Below the pieces are notes generated by a model, which ran no database searches, was not told where the DNA came from, and saw only the letters and a list, made by a program, of their open reading frames with translations. Source: an uncultured cyanobacterium (GTDB lineage Bacteria > Cyanobacteriota > Cyanobacteriia > PCC-9006 > JAAUQQ01). Taken from it: DNA of 64,000 bases. Of this stretch, positions 31,977 to 40,764 are shown piece after piece (within the stretch, counting starts at the first letter, position 1; every line of letters begins with the position of its first letter). Both the position numbers and the translations under genes were made by a program. The stretch spans positions 5,472,001-5,536,000 of the forward strand of contig OY970368.1 of assembly GCA_963718615.1 (NCBI GenBank), read 5' to 3'.

Positions 31977-32150
31977 GCATCTTCACTCCTCATCAACTTC
32001 TTCTCGTCTATCAAGGATGTCAGTGTTATCATCGGTGGCTACCCTGAGACTCCCGAAACTCCCTCCACGCTAGCAGATCGCCCCTTTTCTCTCCAGCTCC
32101 TTGAATTCCATATTGAGCCTGCAACTATTGGAATTGCGCCATGCACCTGG

Positions 32151-32177
32151 GTAGGACGAACAGCTGTTCGTCCCTAC
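32151..32177. repeat. REP-like palindrome, family B
   Basis: gtaGGACGAACagctGTTCGTCCctac. Confidence 0.75.
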
Positions 32178-32212
32178 GGTTGGCTGGTTACGCATGGGGA
32201 ATTGTTGGATGG

Positions 32213-32436
32213 ATTTTAAAAAAATCCGATCGCGCTGCACGCGAGGGCAAAATAGCCCCAAAATAGCTGCTATATCAACAGAAATACGAAAAAGGCAAGA
32301 GGGCAAAGGGCTAGGTCCTCAGGGCGGCGCACACCACCCGAAAACCGGTGAAGAAGTTGAAGTCGTCGGGCACATTCCCGACGCGCTGCGCGGAGCGGCA
32401 GTTCCTCGGATTGAAGTTCCAGGAGCCGCCGCGTAG
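32213..32436 (-). other. Putative DGR variable region with downstream pyrimidine tract and hairpin
   Basis: C-terminal RGGSW...GFRVVC with NNC/NNT codons at variable positions; stem-loop TCGCG-N5-CGCGA at 32230-32244 followed by a T-run on the minus strand. Confidence 0.65.
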
Positions 32437-34386
32437 TATATGCAACTCTTTGCTATCGTCAAAAGTTATCCAAGTTGAACCATCCGTTGGAGCTTTCTCG
32501 TAGTTGTCATGCCATTTGTCAGCACACCATTCCCACACATTCCCATGCATGTCATATAGCCCAAAGGCATTGGGCGGAAAGCTACCCACTTCAGTGGTCT
32601 GTTCTCGATACTTCCCCTTGCTGCTCTTGCCGTAGGTGTAGTTTCCGTCGTAATTCACGAGGTCTGGTGTGATCGTTTCACCAAAGTAAAACGGCGTGGT
32701 TGTCCCCGCCCGACAGGCATACTCCCACTCCGCTTCGCTCGGCAACCGATACTCTCGCCCCGTCCTCTCGCTCAGCTTTTTACAAAACTCCTGGGCATCA
32801 TTCCAGCTCACCTGCTCCACCGGACGGTTCTCGCCTTTGAAATTTGAGGGATTTTCCCCCATCACCGCCTCATACTGTGCCTGGGTCAACGCATACTTGC
32901 CCACACAAAACTCTGGGACCTGAACCCGATGGTGTGGGTATTCACTGCTTAAAGCCTCTTCTTCGCCATCCGCTGCCCCCATCCAAAACTCACCCCCAGG
33001 GATATCCACCATCTCCAACGTGATGCTATTGCCCAGATCTTCGATAAACTGCTCCGCCGATCGGGCCTCGCGCTGGGTGATCTGGCCCCGCTCATCCACC
33101 TGCACTGTCTTAAAGTCAAACCGAATGAGTTTGGGGCCGTTGGCGGGGGCTGAGGGCGGGACGAACGGCTGTTCGTCCGTACGGGGGGTGGGCGATGTTC
33201 GGGATCCTGGGGGGGATGGCTGGGGCTCTGGCTGCGGCGACTTGGGTGCTGATCGAGGCTGTAGCTGCCGCTCTTGGATCATCGCCTGCTCAATCCGCTC
33301 CGCATCCGCCTTCCCCAACTGTAAATTTTGCCGAATCCCCTCCAACCGACGCCTCGAGCGCTCACTCGGCAGACAACCATCCCCCACCGCCTGCCCAAAA
33401 TACTCGCGATACTTCGCCCGCTGCCGTGCCCGCACCCCATAGGGAGCCTGCACCTTTTGCTCTAGCTGCTGCGCCACCTCCAGGGGCACCTCCAACCGCA
33501 CCCGCAGCGTCTCTAGAAAGCCCCGGTCTAGCGGATCGCTAATCTCCCCATCAAACGCCAGCCCCAACTCCCCATCCAACTCCTGAAAAATCCGATCCAC
33601 CTCCCGCCGATACTCCAACACCGGATCCAACCTCGGAGCCCGCACGATCGGAATCTCATAGCCCGCATCCCGCGCCACAATAATCTTCGGCGACACCCCA
33701 CCCTTCTGCTCCACCTCAAACCGCCGCTCCGCATAACCATGCAGATCCCGCGCCACAATCCAGTCCCCCGCCCGCTCCCCCCGCCCATCCTGAGGCAACG
33801 CCGCCCCCGCCATCCCCTCCAGCAAATAGTGCGTATAGAGCGACAACCCATCCACCGCCTGAAACGAAGACTGCGCCGCACTCGACGACGCCAAAATCAC
33901 CCGCCCCGGAGCCTTCAGCGCCTCCAGCGCATTCTCTCCCTCCCCCTTGCGCAACAGATCCGCAATGGCCCCGCTATAACAACAGTCCAAAATCACCACA
34001 ATCTGCCCCGCCTTACTCAGCGACATCTGCCGCTTCAGCGTCTCCGCCGACATCGCCGTCCATTCCTGCAACCGCTTTTGCTCCTTCCGCGACCCCTTCA
34101 CACAGAAATGCAACTGCTGTTGCGCCACACTGATGCCCAAATCCCCATGGCCCGAAAAATAAAACAGCAGTAAATCCCCTGCACCCGCCCCCTGGAAAAA
34201 CTGCCCCGTCGCCGCCTCCATCGCCAGCCGTTCCGGATTCTCCAACGCGATCGGCGCTTCAAACGCCCCCTGCTGCGGATCCCCCAACGCCGCCGCCATC
34301 CCCCGCACATCCAGCAAACTTCCCGGCAACGACTCAAAGCCTTCGCCATATTCGCTCACACCGATTAGCAACGCTCGTCGTGCCAT
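32311..34386 (-). CDS. Caspase (peptidase C14) plus helical repeats plus FGE-sulfatase/C-type-lectin-fold protein
   Basis: RRALLIGVSEY, FYFSGHG (His), ILDCCYSG (Cys); C-terminal RLPSEAEWEYACRAGT, NAFGLYDMHGNVWEWC, RGGSW. Confidence 0.93.
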   Translation of the reverse strand: MARRALLIGVSEYGEGFESLPGSLLDVRGMAAALGDPQQGAFEAPIALENPERLAMEAATGQFFQGAGAGDLLLFYFSGHGDLGISVAQQQLHFCVKGSRKEQKRLQEWTAMSAETLKRQMSLSKAGQIVVILDCCYSGAIADLLRKGEGENALEALKAPGRVILASSSAAQSSFQAVDGLSLYTHYLLEGMAGAALPQDGRGERAGDWIVARDLHGYAERRFEVEQKGGVSPKIIVARDAGYEIPIVRAPRLDPVLEYRREVDRIFQELDGELGLAFDGEISDPLDRGFLETLRVRLEVPLEVAQQLEQKVQAPYGVRARQRAKYREYFGQAVGDGCLPSERSRRRLEGIRQNLQLGKADAERIEQAMIQERQLQPRSAPKSPQPEPQPSPPGSRTSPTPRTDEQPFVPPSAPANGPKLIRFDFKTVQVDERGQITQREARSAEQFIEDLGNSITLEMVDIPGGEFWMGAADGEEEALSSEYPHHRVQVPEFCVGKYALTQAQYEAVMGENPSNFKGENRPVEQVSWNDAQEFCKKLSERTGREYRLPSEAEWEYACRAGTTTPFYFGETITPDLVNYDGNYTYGKSSKGKYREQTTEVGSFPPNAFGLYDMHGNVWEWCADKWHDNYEKAPTDGSTWITFDDSKELHILRGGSWNFNPRNCRSAQRVGNVPDDFNFFTGFRVVCAALRT

Positions 34387-34391
34387 TCCCC

Positions 34392-34817
34392 TTATTGCGC
34401 CTGCTTCGCGGATTCGATCGCCGTTACAAATCCCTTAAATTCATCCATCACCGCCGCCAATTCCTTCGCATTGCGCCCATCAAACTCAAACTTTGCCCCC
34501 CCATACTCAAACTTCGCCTTCGTAGACGTCCCCACCAGGCGACCATAGAGCCACTTGCCAAAGGCCGCAATATTTTCCAGATTGATTTCCACATCCAAAA
34601 TACTGCCGCCAGGTTCCCCCTTCGGAATCCCTGCCATCACCGGCACCTGCCCCGCCGAAAACGGTACCACCCGCGCCGAATGCTCCTCCAGCTCCGTGGC
34701 AATCACCCGCGTCATCGCTTGCAGTTCCTCATCGGAAGCCGCTTCATCCTCAACCCAGAGATGAAATTCAACCGTCTTTGCGTCACTCATGCGATATACG
34801 GAAAAACTACCTGCCAT
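34392..34817 (-). CDS. Small caspase-associated protein (EACC1-like)
   Basis: EELQAMTRVIATEL...GIPKG...LDVEINLENIAAFGKWLYGRL...EL; 5 bp upstream of the caspase gene. Confidence 0.65.
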   Translation of the reverse strand: MAGSFSVYRMSDAKTVEFHLWVEDEAASDEELQAMTRVIATELEEHSARVVPFSAGQVPVMAGIPKGEPGGSILDVEINLENIAAFGKWLYGRLVGTSTKAKFEYGGAKFEFDGRNAKELAAVMDEFKGFVTAIESAKQAQ

Positions 34818-35722
34818 TATAAATCCCTCAAGATAAACCGCTCAATCGCCCTGGCCACCGCCTCCGGCTTCTCCAAATGGGGCACATGGCCACAGTCTTT
34901 GATCCACTCCAACTGGCATTGAGGAATCGCCTGGGCAAAGGGCACCGCATCCTTCGTTCCCAGAATTCGATCCTGCCGTCCCCAAATCAGTAGGGTTTCG
35001 GCTTGAATTTGGGGGAGACGCGATCGCAACTTCGGATACCCCCCACTCTTCGTAAACCCCTTGAGCCCCTCATCCCAACGAGGCATTTGTAAATGCAACG
35101 CCGCGCAAAGTTCCGCATCGGGTGTGACGAGGCGATCGCCCGCAAAATAGGCATTCAAACTAATCTTCCGCCGCACATCAGACCGCCGCAAAAATTCCAC
35201 CGCCCACTGGTCTAAGGGCGAAAATAAAAACTTACCCATCACCGGACCATTCTGATAGCCTGCACTGTCCAAAAGCACCAACCGCTCAACCGTTTCCGGG
35301 TAAGTCAAGCAAAAGTCAATGGCCGCTGCGCCGCCCATCGATGCTCCTACAAGAACTACAGGACGTTGCAGTTTCTGTTGCCAGAAAGCGTAGAGATGGG
35401 TTTTGAGGGTTGCGGGGTTGAGGGGGATGTCTGTGGGGCGATCGCTAAAGCCAAATCCCAACAAATCCACCAGCCAAACTTCGCGAGTCTCAGCCAAGCG
35501 CGGAAACAACCGCCGAAATTCCAAAAGCGAGCTGTCAAAGCCGTGGAGAATCAACAAGGGCGGTGCTTCAGACGGGCGGCCTGCGGTGGCATAGGCCGTG
35601 GCGATGGGCTCGGAGCGGAGGGGCGTGGCGATCGCCTCCACCTGAATCCCCTGGGCGAGGGCGATCGAGGTTGGCTCTGTCAGTTGGCTAGCCAATTGGC
35701 GAATGGGATCGGGCAGCGACAT
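34817..35722 (-). CDS. Alpha/beta hydrolase
   Basis: LHGFDSS, DLLGFGFS, GASMGG, WGRQD, GHVPHLE. Confidence 0.9.
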   Translation of the reverse strand: MSLPDPIRQLASQLTEPTSIALAQGIQVEAIATPLRSEPIATAYATAGRPSEAPPLLILHGFDSSLLEFRRLFPRLAETREVWLVDLLGFGFSDRPTDIPLNPATLKTHLYAFWQQKLQRPVVLVGASMGGAAAIDFCLTYPETVERLVLLDSAGYQNGPVMGKFLFSPLDQWAVEFLRRSDVRRKISLNAYFAGDRLVTPDAELCAALHLQMPRWDEGLKGFTKSGGYPKLRSRLPQIQAETLLIWGRQDRILGTKDAVPFAQAIPQCQLEWIKDCGHVPHLEKPEAVARAIERFILRDL

Positions 35723-35828
35723 TCAAACTCCGGAAAGACGTGGACCTACAGGCTTGAATATACGACCCTAGACATCCCCCTGACACCTGCTAAAATGCGC
35801 CCAAGATTGAAGGTAAGGAAGGATCCCG

Positions 35829-36584
35829 ATGGCAGGCAGGTTGAACTGGACTTGGAACTTAGCTCGGAACTCAGCTTGGAACTCAGCTTGGCGCTGGGGA
35901 GTAGTGGCGATCGCCCTCCTAGCCCCTCCTTTGGCCCAACCGGCTGGAGCTCAGGCACCGCCTGGGGTGGTCCGTCCAGAACTGGAATTAGGCTCCCAGG
36001 GCACCACGGTTCAAGAAATTCAGGCCGTGCTCAAACTGTTGGGCTTTTATCGGGGAAGCGTGGATGGGGTCTTTTCCCAGGACTTTAGCCTAGCGGTGGC
36101 GCAGTTTCAGCAGGCAGCGGGGTTGCCGGGAACGGGCCGGGTCACGGTTGCGATGTGGGAGCGACTTTTTCCACCGACTGCTGTGGCGACGCAATTGCCG
36201 CTGACGACGAATCCGGTCAGCAATCGACCGATCACGCCCATTGGCAGTCTGACGGCTTCCGCGCCCCAGCCGGTTCCGCCCGCGATCGCCCAACCCGTTC
36301 CGCAACCGGAGGCCCCGCCAGAATTTCAAGACATCCGGCCCGAAGCCGAATTTGCCCCCCAGCCGGATCCCTTGGATCCCTACCCAATTTTGCGAGTGGG
36401 GGCTCAAGGCGATGCGGTGATGCGGCTTCAGGAGAAATTGCAGGCCCTGGGGGTATTTGAGGGATCCGTGGATGGGGATTTTGGCCCCATGACCGAAACA
36501 GCGGTGATGGCAGCCCAGGCGCAGTTGGGCCTGGAGCCCGATGGGGTGGTGGGGCCAGCCACTTGGGATGCGTTAGGACGTTAA
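35829..36584 (+). CDS. Peptidoglycan-binding domain protein (two PG_binding_1 domains)
   Basis: LELGSQG..VQEIQ..L..LGFY...VDGVF and LRVGAQG..V..LQ...DGDFGP.TE.AV...DGVVGPATW. Confidence 0.9.
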   Translation: MAGRLNWTWNLARNSAWNSAWRWGVVAIALLAPPLAQPAGAQAPPGVVRPELELGSQGTTVQEIQAVLKLLGFYRGSVDGVFSQDFSLAVAQFQQAAGLPGTGRVTVAMWERLFPPTAVATQLPLTTNPVSNRPITPIGSLTASAPQPVPPAIAQPVPQPEAPPEFQDIRPEAEFAPQPDPLDPYPILRVGAQGDAVMRLQEKLQALGVFEGSVDGDFGPMTETAVMAAQAQLGLEPDGVVGPATWDALGR

Positions 36585-36619
36585 GGCCGAACGTTAAGGC
36601 CGAACGTTCAGGCAAGACG

Positions 36620-37381
36620 CTATTGTTTTTGCAGAACCAGAAAGCCGCGATTTTTCCCCGAGGTGCGGTCTAGGGTGTTCATGGCTTGCCAGAGCTCCGT
36701 TGTCTTGACCCAGACCGGTGGATACTTGTAGCGCGAGACATCCAAGATCAAAAAGCGATCGCTCGCCGCACTATAGGCCGCCAGCGGCGAAATATGGCCC
36801 CCCCGCTCCTGACCGATCGCCGCCCGCAGATAATTGATCACCATAAAATTTTGGGGGTCCTGGAGATTGGCGATCGCCAACGCCCGAAACTCATCCACCC
36901 CTATCTCTCCACCGTAGTGAATTTCAGCTGTCACCGGATAGGTTGCAAAAATTCCCGCCAATTCTGCCAGGGTGAGGCCTTGGCGTGCGATCAGCGATCG
37001 CGCAATAATCGCCTCCGTCTGGGAATTTAAGACATTTTCCTGGGTGAAATAATCCTGGTCCCAGGCCGCCGCATCCGGCGCATCAATCCCTAGGGCATTC
37101 AGGACCATCGCAAGACTCGCCACCCCGCAAAAGGCCTGATTATCCTGGGTTACAAACTGGCTGCTCAGCGGCACAAAATCCGCCTGGGCCTTGCTCTGAC
37201 GCAGCAACAGCGCCCCTCGGTCAGAATTGAGCGGTAGCAAATTCTCCGGCAAGGGCAGCGTCTGGGCCTCTCCTCGGAATACGGGACCGGTCAGCGCTGT
37301 GATGAGGCTTAAGGCGATCGCCCCAAGAAACCCCCGCGCCTTTGATGTTCTCAAGCCCCGCCGCCCTTTTGAGAGACCCAT
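36620..37381 (-). CDS. Phytochelatin synthase-like protein (prokaryotic, exported)
   Basis: TQDNQAFCGVAS (Cys), GGHISP (His), LILDVSRYKYPP (Asp); signal peptide. Confidence 0.9.
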   Translation of the reverse strand: MGLSKGRRGLRTSKARGFLGAIALSLITALTGPVFRGEAQTLPLPENLLPLNSDRGALLLRQSKAQADFVPLSSQFVTQDNQAFCGVASLAMVLNALGIDAPDAAAWDQDYFTQENVLNSQTEAIIARSLIARQGLTLAELAGIFATYPVTAEIHYGGEIGVDEFRALAIANLQDPQNFMVINYLRAAIGQERGGHISPLAAYSAASDRFLILDVSRYKYPPVWVKTTELWQAMNTLDRTSGKNRGFLVLQKQ

Positions 37382-37922
37382 ACTGCTACCCTAACTGCTG
37401 GTTTTAGTGTTCAGTCTATAGCTGCTGCTCCGTTTCTAGGGGATTGGCATAGTCTAGGGGCGAGATTTTGGTGGAATCTAGCGGTCTGGTGTCCTGGAAG
37501 GGGAGGATGGCGATCGCGGGTGCGACCCCCAAGACCAGGGAAAACAGCAGCACAAGCCAAAAAAGGGAACGGGGTAGATGGGTTTTCATGATTAAAGTTC
37601 CTCAATCTAAAGGATCAGGGAGTTTGTAACCTGGACATCCATCGGTCTAAATCGCGAGTCGTCTCGCCAGCCGTTTCAGAGCAGCATGTCCTGGGATTAT
37701 CTACGTCTAGAAGGAAATTTATATGCAGCAGCATGCCCACCTCTCCCCAGGATTAATTTTATTTTTTTAGTCAAAATGCTGATTAGATAAGCCTTTCATG
37801 GCCAATGAGGTCGCCAATGTTCTAAGCCCCTAAATCCGATTTGAACCGAGCCCAGTATCTTTGACAGACCTAAAAAAACGGGTCTGCTAACCGATATTTC
37901 TCACCCTAGGAGAACTAGATCC

Positions 37923-39017
37923 ATGGCCCCTTTAAATCTGATTCTGGGCAATTTCTTAGACAACATCCTGACCGGTACTGATCAAGATGATTTAATCTTT
38001 GGTCTAAATGGTAACGACACAATCGAAGGAGGGTTGGGTGCTGATATTTTGATAGGTGGCTTTGGCGACGATTTTTTGGAAGGGAATAAAGGCGACGATA
38101 CGATGATCGGCGGGTTTGGCAATGATGTTTTAGATTGGGATGACGGCGACGGCAGCGATATCATGAGCGGTGGCTTTGGTTACGACACCATTGAAGTGGA
38201 TGGCTCCGTTACCCGAGGCGATAACTTTACCCTAGAAGCGAGAGGTCAGCAGGCCATTTTTACCCGTGTGGGTTTGGATGGACAAAAGGGCGTCGGCGTT
38301 TTTAGTTTGACGGTCGATTCTTCAGAGCTTTTCGATGTCAGTGGTGAGGGGGGAAATGACACCTTTTTTGTGGGCAATCTCAACGGAACAGGGGTTCAAA
38401 AGGTCAAGTTTGATGGAGGAGACGGTGACGATTTGTTTGATGGGAGTAACAGCAGCGTTAGCATTGAAGCCATCGGCGGCAGCGGAAATGACCGATTGAT
38501 TGGCAGCCAGTTTGATGACCTGCTAGTGGGGGGAGATGGGGTTGATACGATGACTGGGGGTGGGGGGCGCGATCGCTTTCTCTACACCGGCAATCCTTTT
38601 GCAAACGGCACACCCAACGTCACCCCGAACGGCATTTCTGCCCTCAATCGCCCGGATATTATTACCGACTTTACGCTCAATCATGACCAGTTTGCCCTGG
38701 ATGCCAGCGACCTTGGTATCCACTCGATTCACTTTAGTTCAGGTCTATCTAATCAGCTGGGGGATGGCAATATTTTGGTGCTGACCGATGGCTTTGCCAA
38801 TGCTGCTGCTGCCGCTAAAGCGATCGACAATAACCATAATATTACGGCTGATGAAGGTGTATTTATTTACTTCAATACTAGTCTGGGCATCAGCCGTTTG
38901 GTTTATTCCGAGAACCTGGGCGATGGTGGACCGATTAGCGTTTTGGCCAATCTGACGAACCTGACGAATGTGGGCAATCAGGCAAACTTTGGGGCACAAA
39001 ACTTCACGGTTGTTTAA
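37923..39017 (+). CDS. RTX/hemolysin-type calcium-binding protein
   Basis: Multiple GGxGxD nonapeptides; RBS AGGAG. Confidence 0.9.
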   Translation: MAPLNLILGNFLDNILTGTDQDDLIFGLNGNDTIEGGLGADILIGGFGDDFLEGNKGDDTMIGGFGNDVLDWDDGDGSDIMSGGFGYDTIEVDGSVTRGDNFTLEARGQQAIFTRVGLDGQKGVGVFSLTVDSSELFDVSGEGGNDTFFVGNLNGTGVQKVKFDGGDGDDLFDGSNSSVSIEAIGGSGNDRLIGSQFDDLLVGGDGVDTMTGGGGRDRFLYTGNPFANGTPNVTPNGISALNRPDIITDFTLNHDQFALDASDLGIHSIHFSSGLSNQLGDGNILVLTDGFANAAAAAKAIDNNHNITADEGVFIYFNTSLGISRLVYSENLGDGGPISVLANLTNLTNVGNQANFGAQNFTVV

Positions 39018-39117
39018 CGGTCTGGAGCCGGACAAGCCGCCAGACGAACAAACCGGAATAATAGCCGGACGAACGCGGTGTACCCCTCCTGGTTAAGGCC
39101 CAATTCTTTTATGGATG

Positions 39118-39147
39118 TACCCCTTGTCTAGCGCTAGACAAGGGGTA
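39118..39147. terminator. Perfect 30-bp palindrome (stem-loop)
   Basis: TACCCCTTGTCTAGCGCTAGACAAGGGGTA is self-complementary; lies downstream of the RTX gene; no clear U-tract. Confidence 0.5.
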
Positions 39148-39277
39148 AACGATTTGGATTTGATAAATCGTAAACTGCCAAATCCAACTGAAGGTTTAGA
39201 CTGAAGCACAGAATTCGATCACGAACGCCCATCGCGAACGCCCATCGCGAAGCCCGACCCTTTGTCTCTGGTAGTCT

Positions 39278-39847
39278 ATGGCCCATCCCCTGTCATCGCT
39301 GACTGATGCAGATCTGTGCGATCGCCTGCGTCAAGGCGATGCCAATGCCCTGCGCGTTTTGTATGATCGCTATAGTCGATTGGTCTACACCTTGGCCTAT
39401 CGCATCCTAGATCGGGCCGAAGAGGCCGAAGACCTGACGCAAGATATCTTTTTGTCGTTTTGGAAAACCCCCAAATTTGACGCCCAGCGGGCCTCCCTCG
39501 GCACCTATCTCAGCTTGCTCACCCGCTCCCGTGCCCTCGATCGCATTAGCCAGCGGGCCTCTCGCCAGCGATCGCTCCAGCGTCTCCAAACCGCCGAAAG
39601 TGCCTCGTCCCTCTGCGCCACGCCCCTAGACTACGCGGCCTACGACGAGCAGCAGCAGCAGCTCAAAACGGTCTTGGCGCAGCTCTCCGAACCCCAGCGT
39701 CAAGTCCTCAGTCTGAGTTATTATCAGGGGCTCAGCCAGTCCGCCATTGCCCAGCAGCTTGCCCTCCCCTTAGGGACCGTCAAAACCCATGCTCGCCAAG
39801 GCTTAATCAAACTTCGTCAATTATTGAATGATGCTAGTGAACTCTGA
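39278..39847 (+). CDS. ECF sigma-70 factor (SigK-like)
   Basis: LYDRY, AEDLTQDIFL, LSYYQGLSQSAIA..L.LPLGTVKT. Confidence 0.93.
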   Translation: MAHPLSSLTDADLCDRLRQGDANALRVLYDRYSRLVYTLAYRILDRAEEAEDLTQDIFLSFWKTPKFDAQRASLGTYLSLLTRSRALDRISQRASRQRSLQRLQTAESASSLCATPLDYAAYDEQQQQLKTVLAQLSEPQRQVLSLSYYQGLSQSAIAQQLALPLGTVKTHARQGLIKLRQLLNDASEL

Positions 39848-40703
39848 AGATCAAGACCTCGCTGCTGGGTATGTGCTGGGTGATTTAGAGACCGCCGAGC
39901 AGACTGAGTTTGAGCTGAGACTGAGCCAAAACCCAGCCCTCCAGGCGGAAGTCAGTCGGTTGCAAACCAGTTTGCATCAGTTGCCTCTGGCCCTAGAGCC
40001 GTTAACGCCGCCAGATGGTTTGGGCGATCGCATCCTCGCAGCCTTTACCGCTACCCAGACCCCAGCATCCGCTGCTGAACCCGAGACCGTCTCCCTACCC
40101 GAGTCGGTTGCCGCCGATCGGGGCCACTTCGATCGGGGCCACTTAGGGGATCTCGGTGAAATCAGCCGCAGTCGCAGGTCTGGCTCGGGTCGACCTTGGC
40201 TGAAACTGCTGGGAATTTTGGTGGCCCTGGCGACGATCGCCCTCGGTCTTGATAATTTGCGGTTGCGGAATCAGTTGGCGATCGCTACCCAATCCAATAG
40301 CCAAGCCAACAGCCAAGCCAACACCAACCCACTGATTTCCAGCCTCGCCGATATCCTACAGCAACCCAAAAGCCGCCTGGTTTCTCTGCAAAACCCAGAG
40401 GCGGGTCTCTCGGGCACACTGCTGTTTACTCCTGGTCACTGGCAGGAAGTGGTCATTGCTTTTGGCGACTTACCGCCCCTGCCCCCGGATCAGGTCTATC
40501 GCATGTGGCTGGAGCTGGCGAATGGAGAGGTGCTGCCCTGTGGGGAGTTTATCCCCAATGCAGAAGGCCAAGTTTTGATCCGACTGACCCCTCCCCAAAC
40601 GCCTCCGAAGGGAGTCAAGGCAACGGGAATTTTTGTCACAGCCGACGCTGCCGGAGCCCCACTCCAGCCCACCGGTAACCGATTACTCTCTAGCGAGCTG
40701 TGA
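39828..40703 (+). CDS. Anti-sigma factor (RskA-like)
   Basis: LAAGYVLGDL, TM segment, LPPLPPDQVYRMW, ...PTG; overlaps the sigma gene. Confidence 0.9.
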   Translation: MMLVNSEDQDLAAGYVLGDLETAEQTEFELRLSQNPALQAEVSRLQTSLHQLPLALEPLTPPDGLGDRILAAFTATQTPASAAEPETVSLPESVAADRGHFDRGHLGDLGEISRSRRSGSGRPWLKLLGILVALATIALGLDNLRLRNQLAIATQSNSQANSQANTNPLISSLADILQQPKSRLVSLQNPEAGLSGTLLFTPGHWQEVVIAFGDLPPLPPDQVYRMWLELANGEVLPCGEFIPNAEGQVLIRLTPPQTPPKGVKATGIFVTADAAGAPLQPTGNRLLSSEL

Positions 40704-40764
40704 TGGCGTAACCGGCCCAGGCACTCAAGGGGCTAGCCAGTTCCAGCCCCTAGGCCAGAACGGT

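Noticed and set aside
31896-32436. Short ORFs across the REP/hairpin region
   Set aside because: They run through repeats and have no protein-like motifs
32311-33060. FGE domain as the maturase for the sulfatase at 11126-12673
   Set aside because: It lacks the catalytic Cys pair after RGGS of true formylglycine-generating enzymes and is fused to a caspase; it is the non-catalytic CLec-type domain
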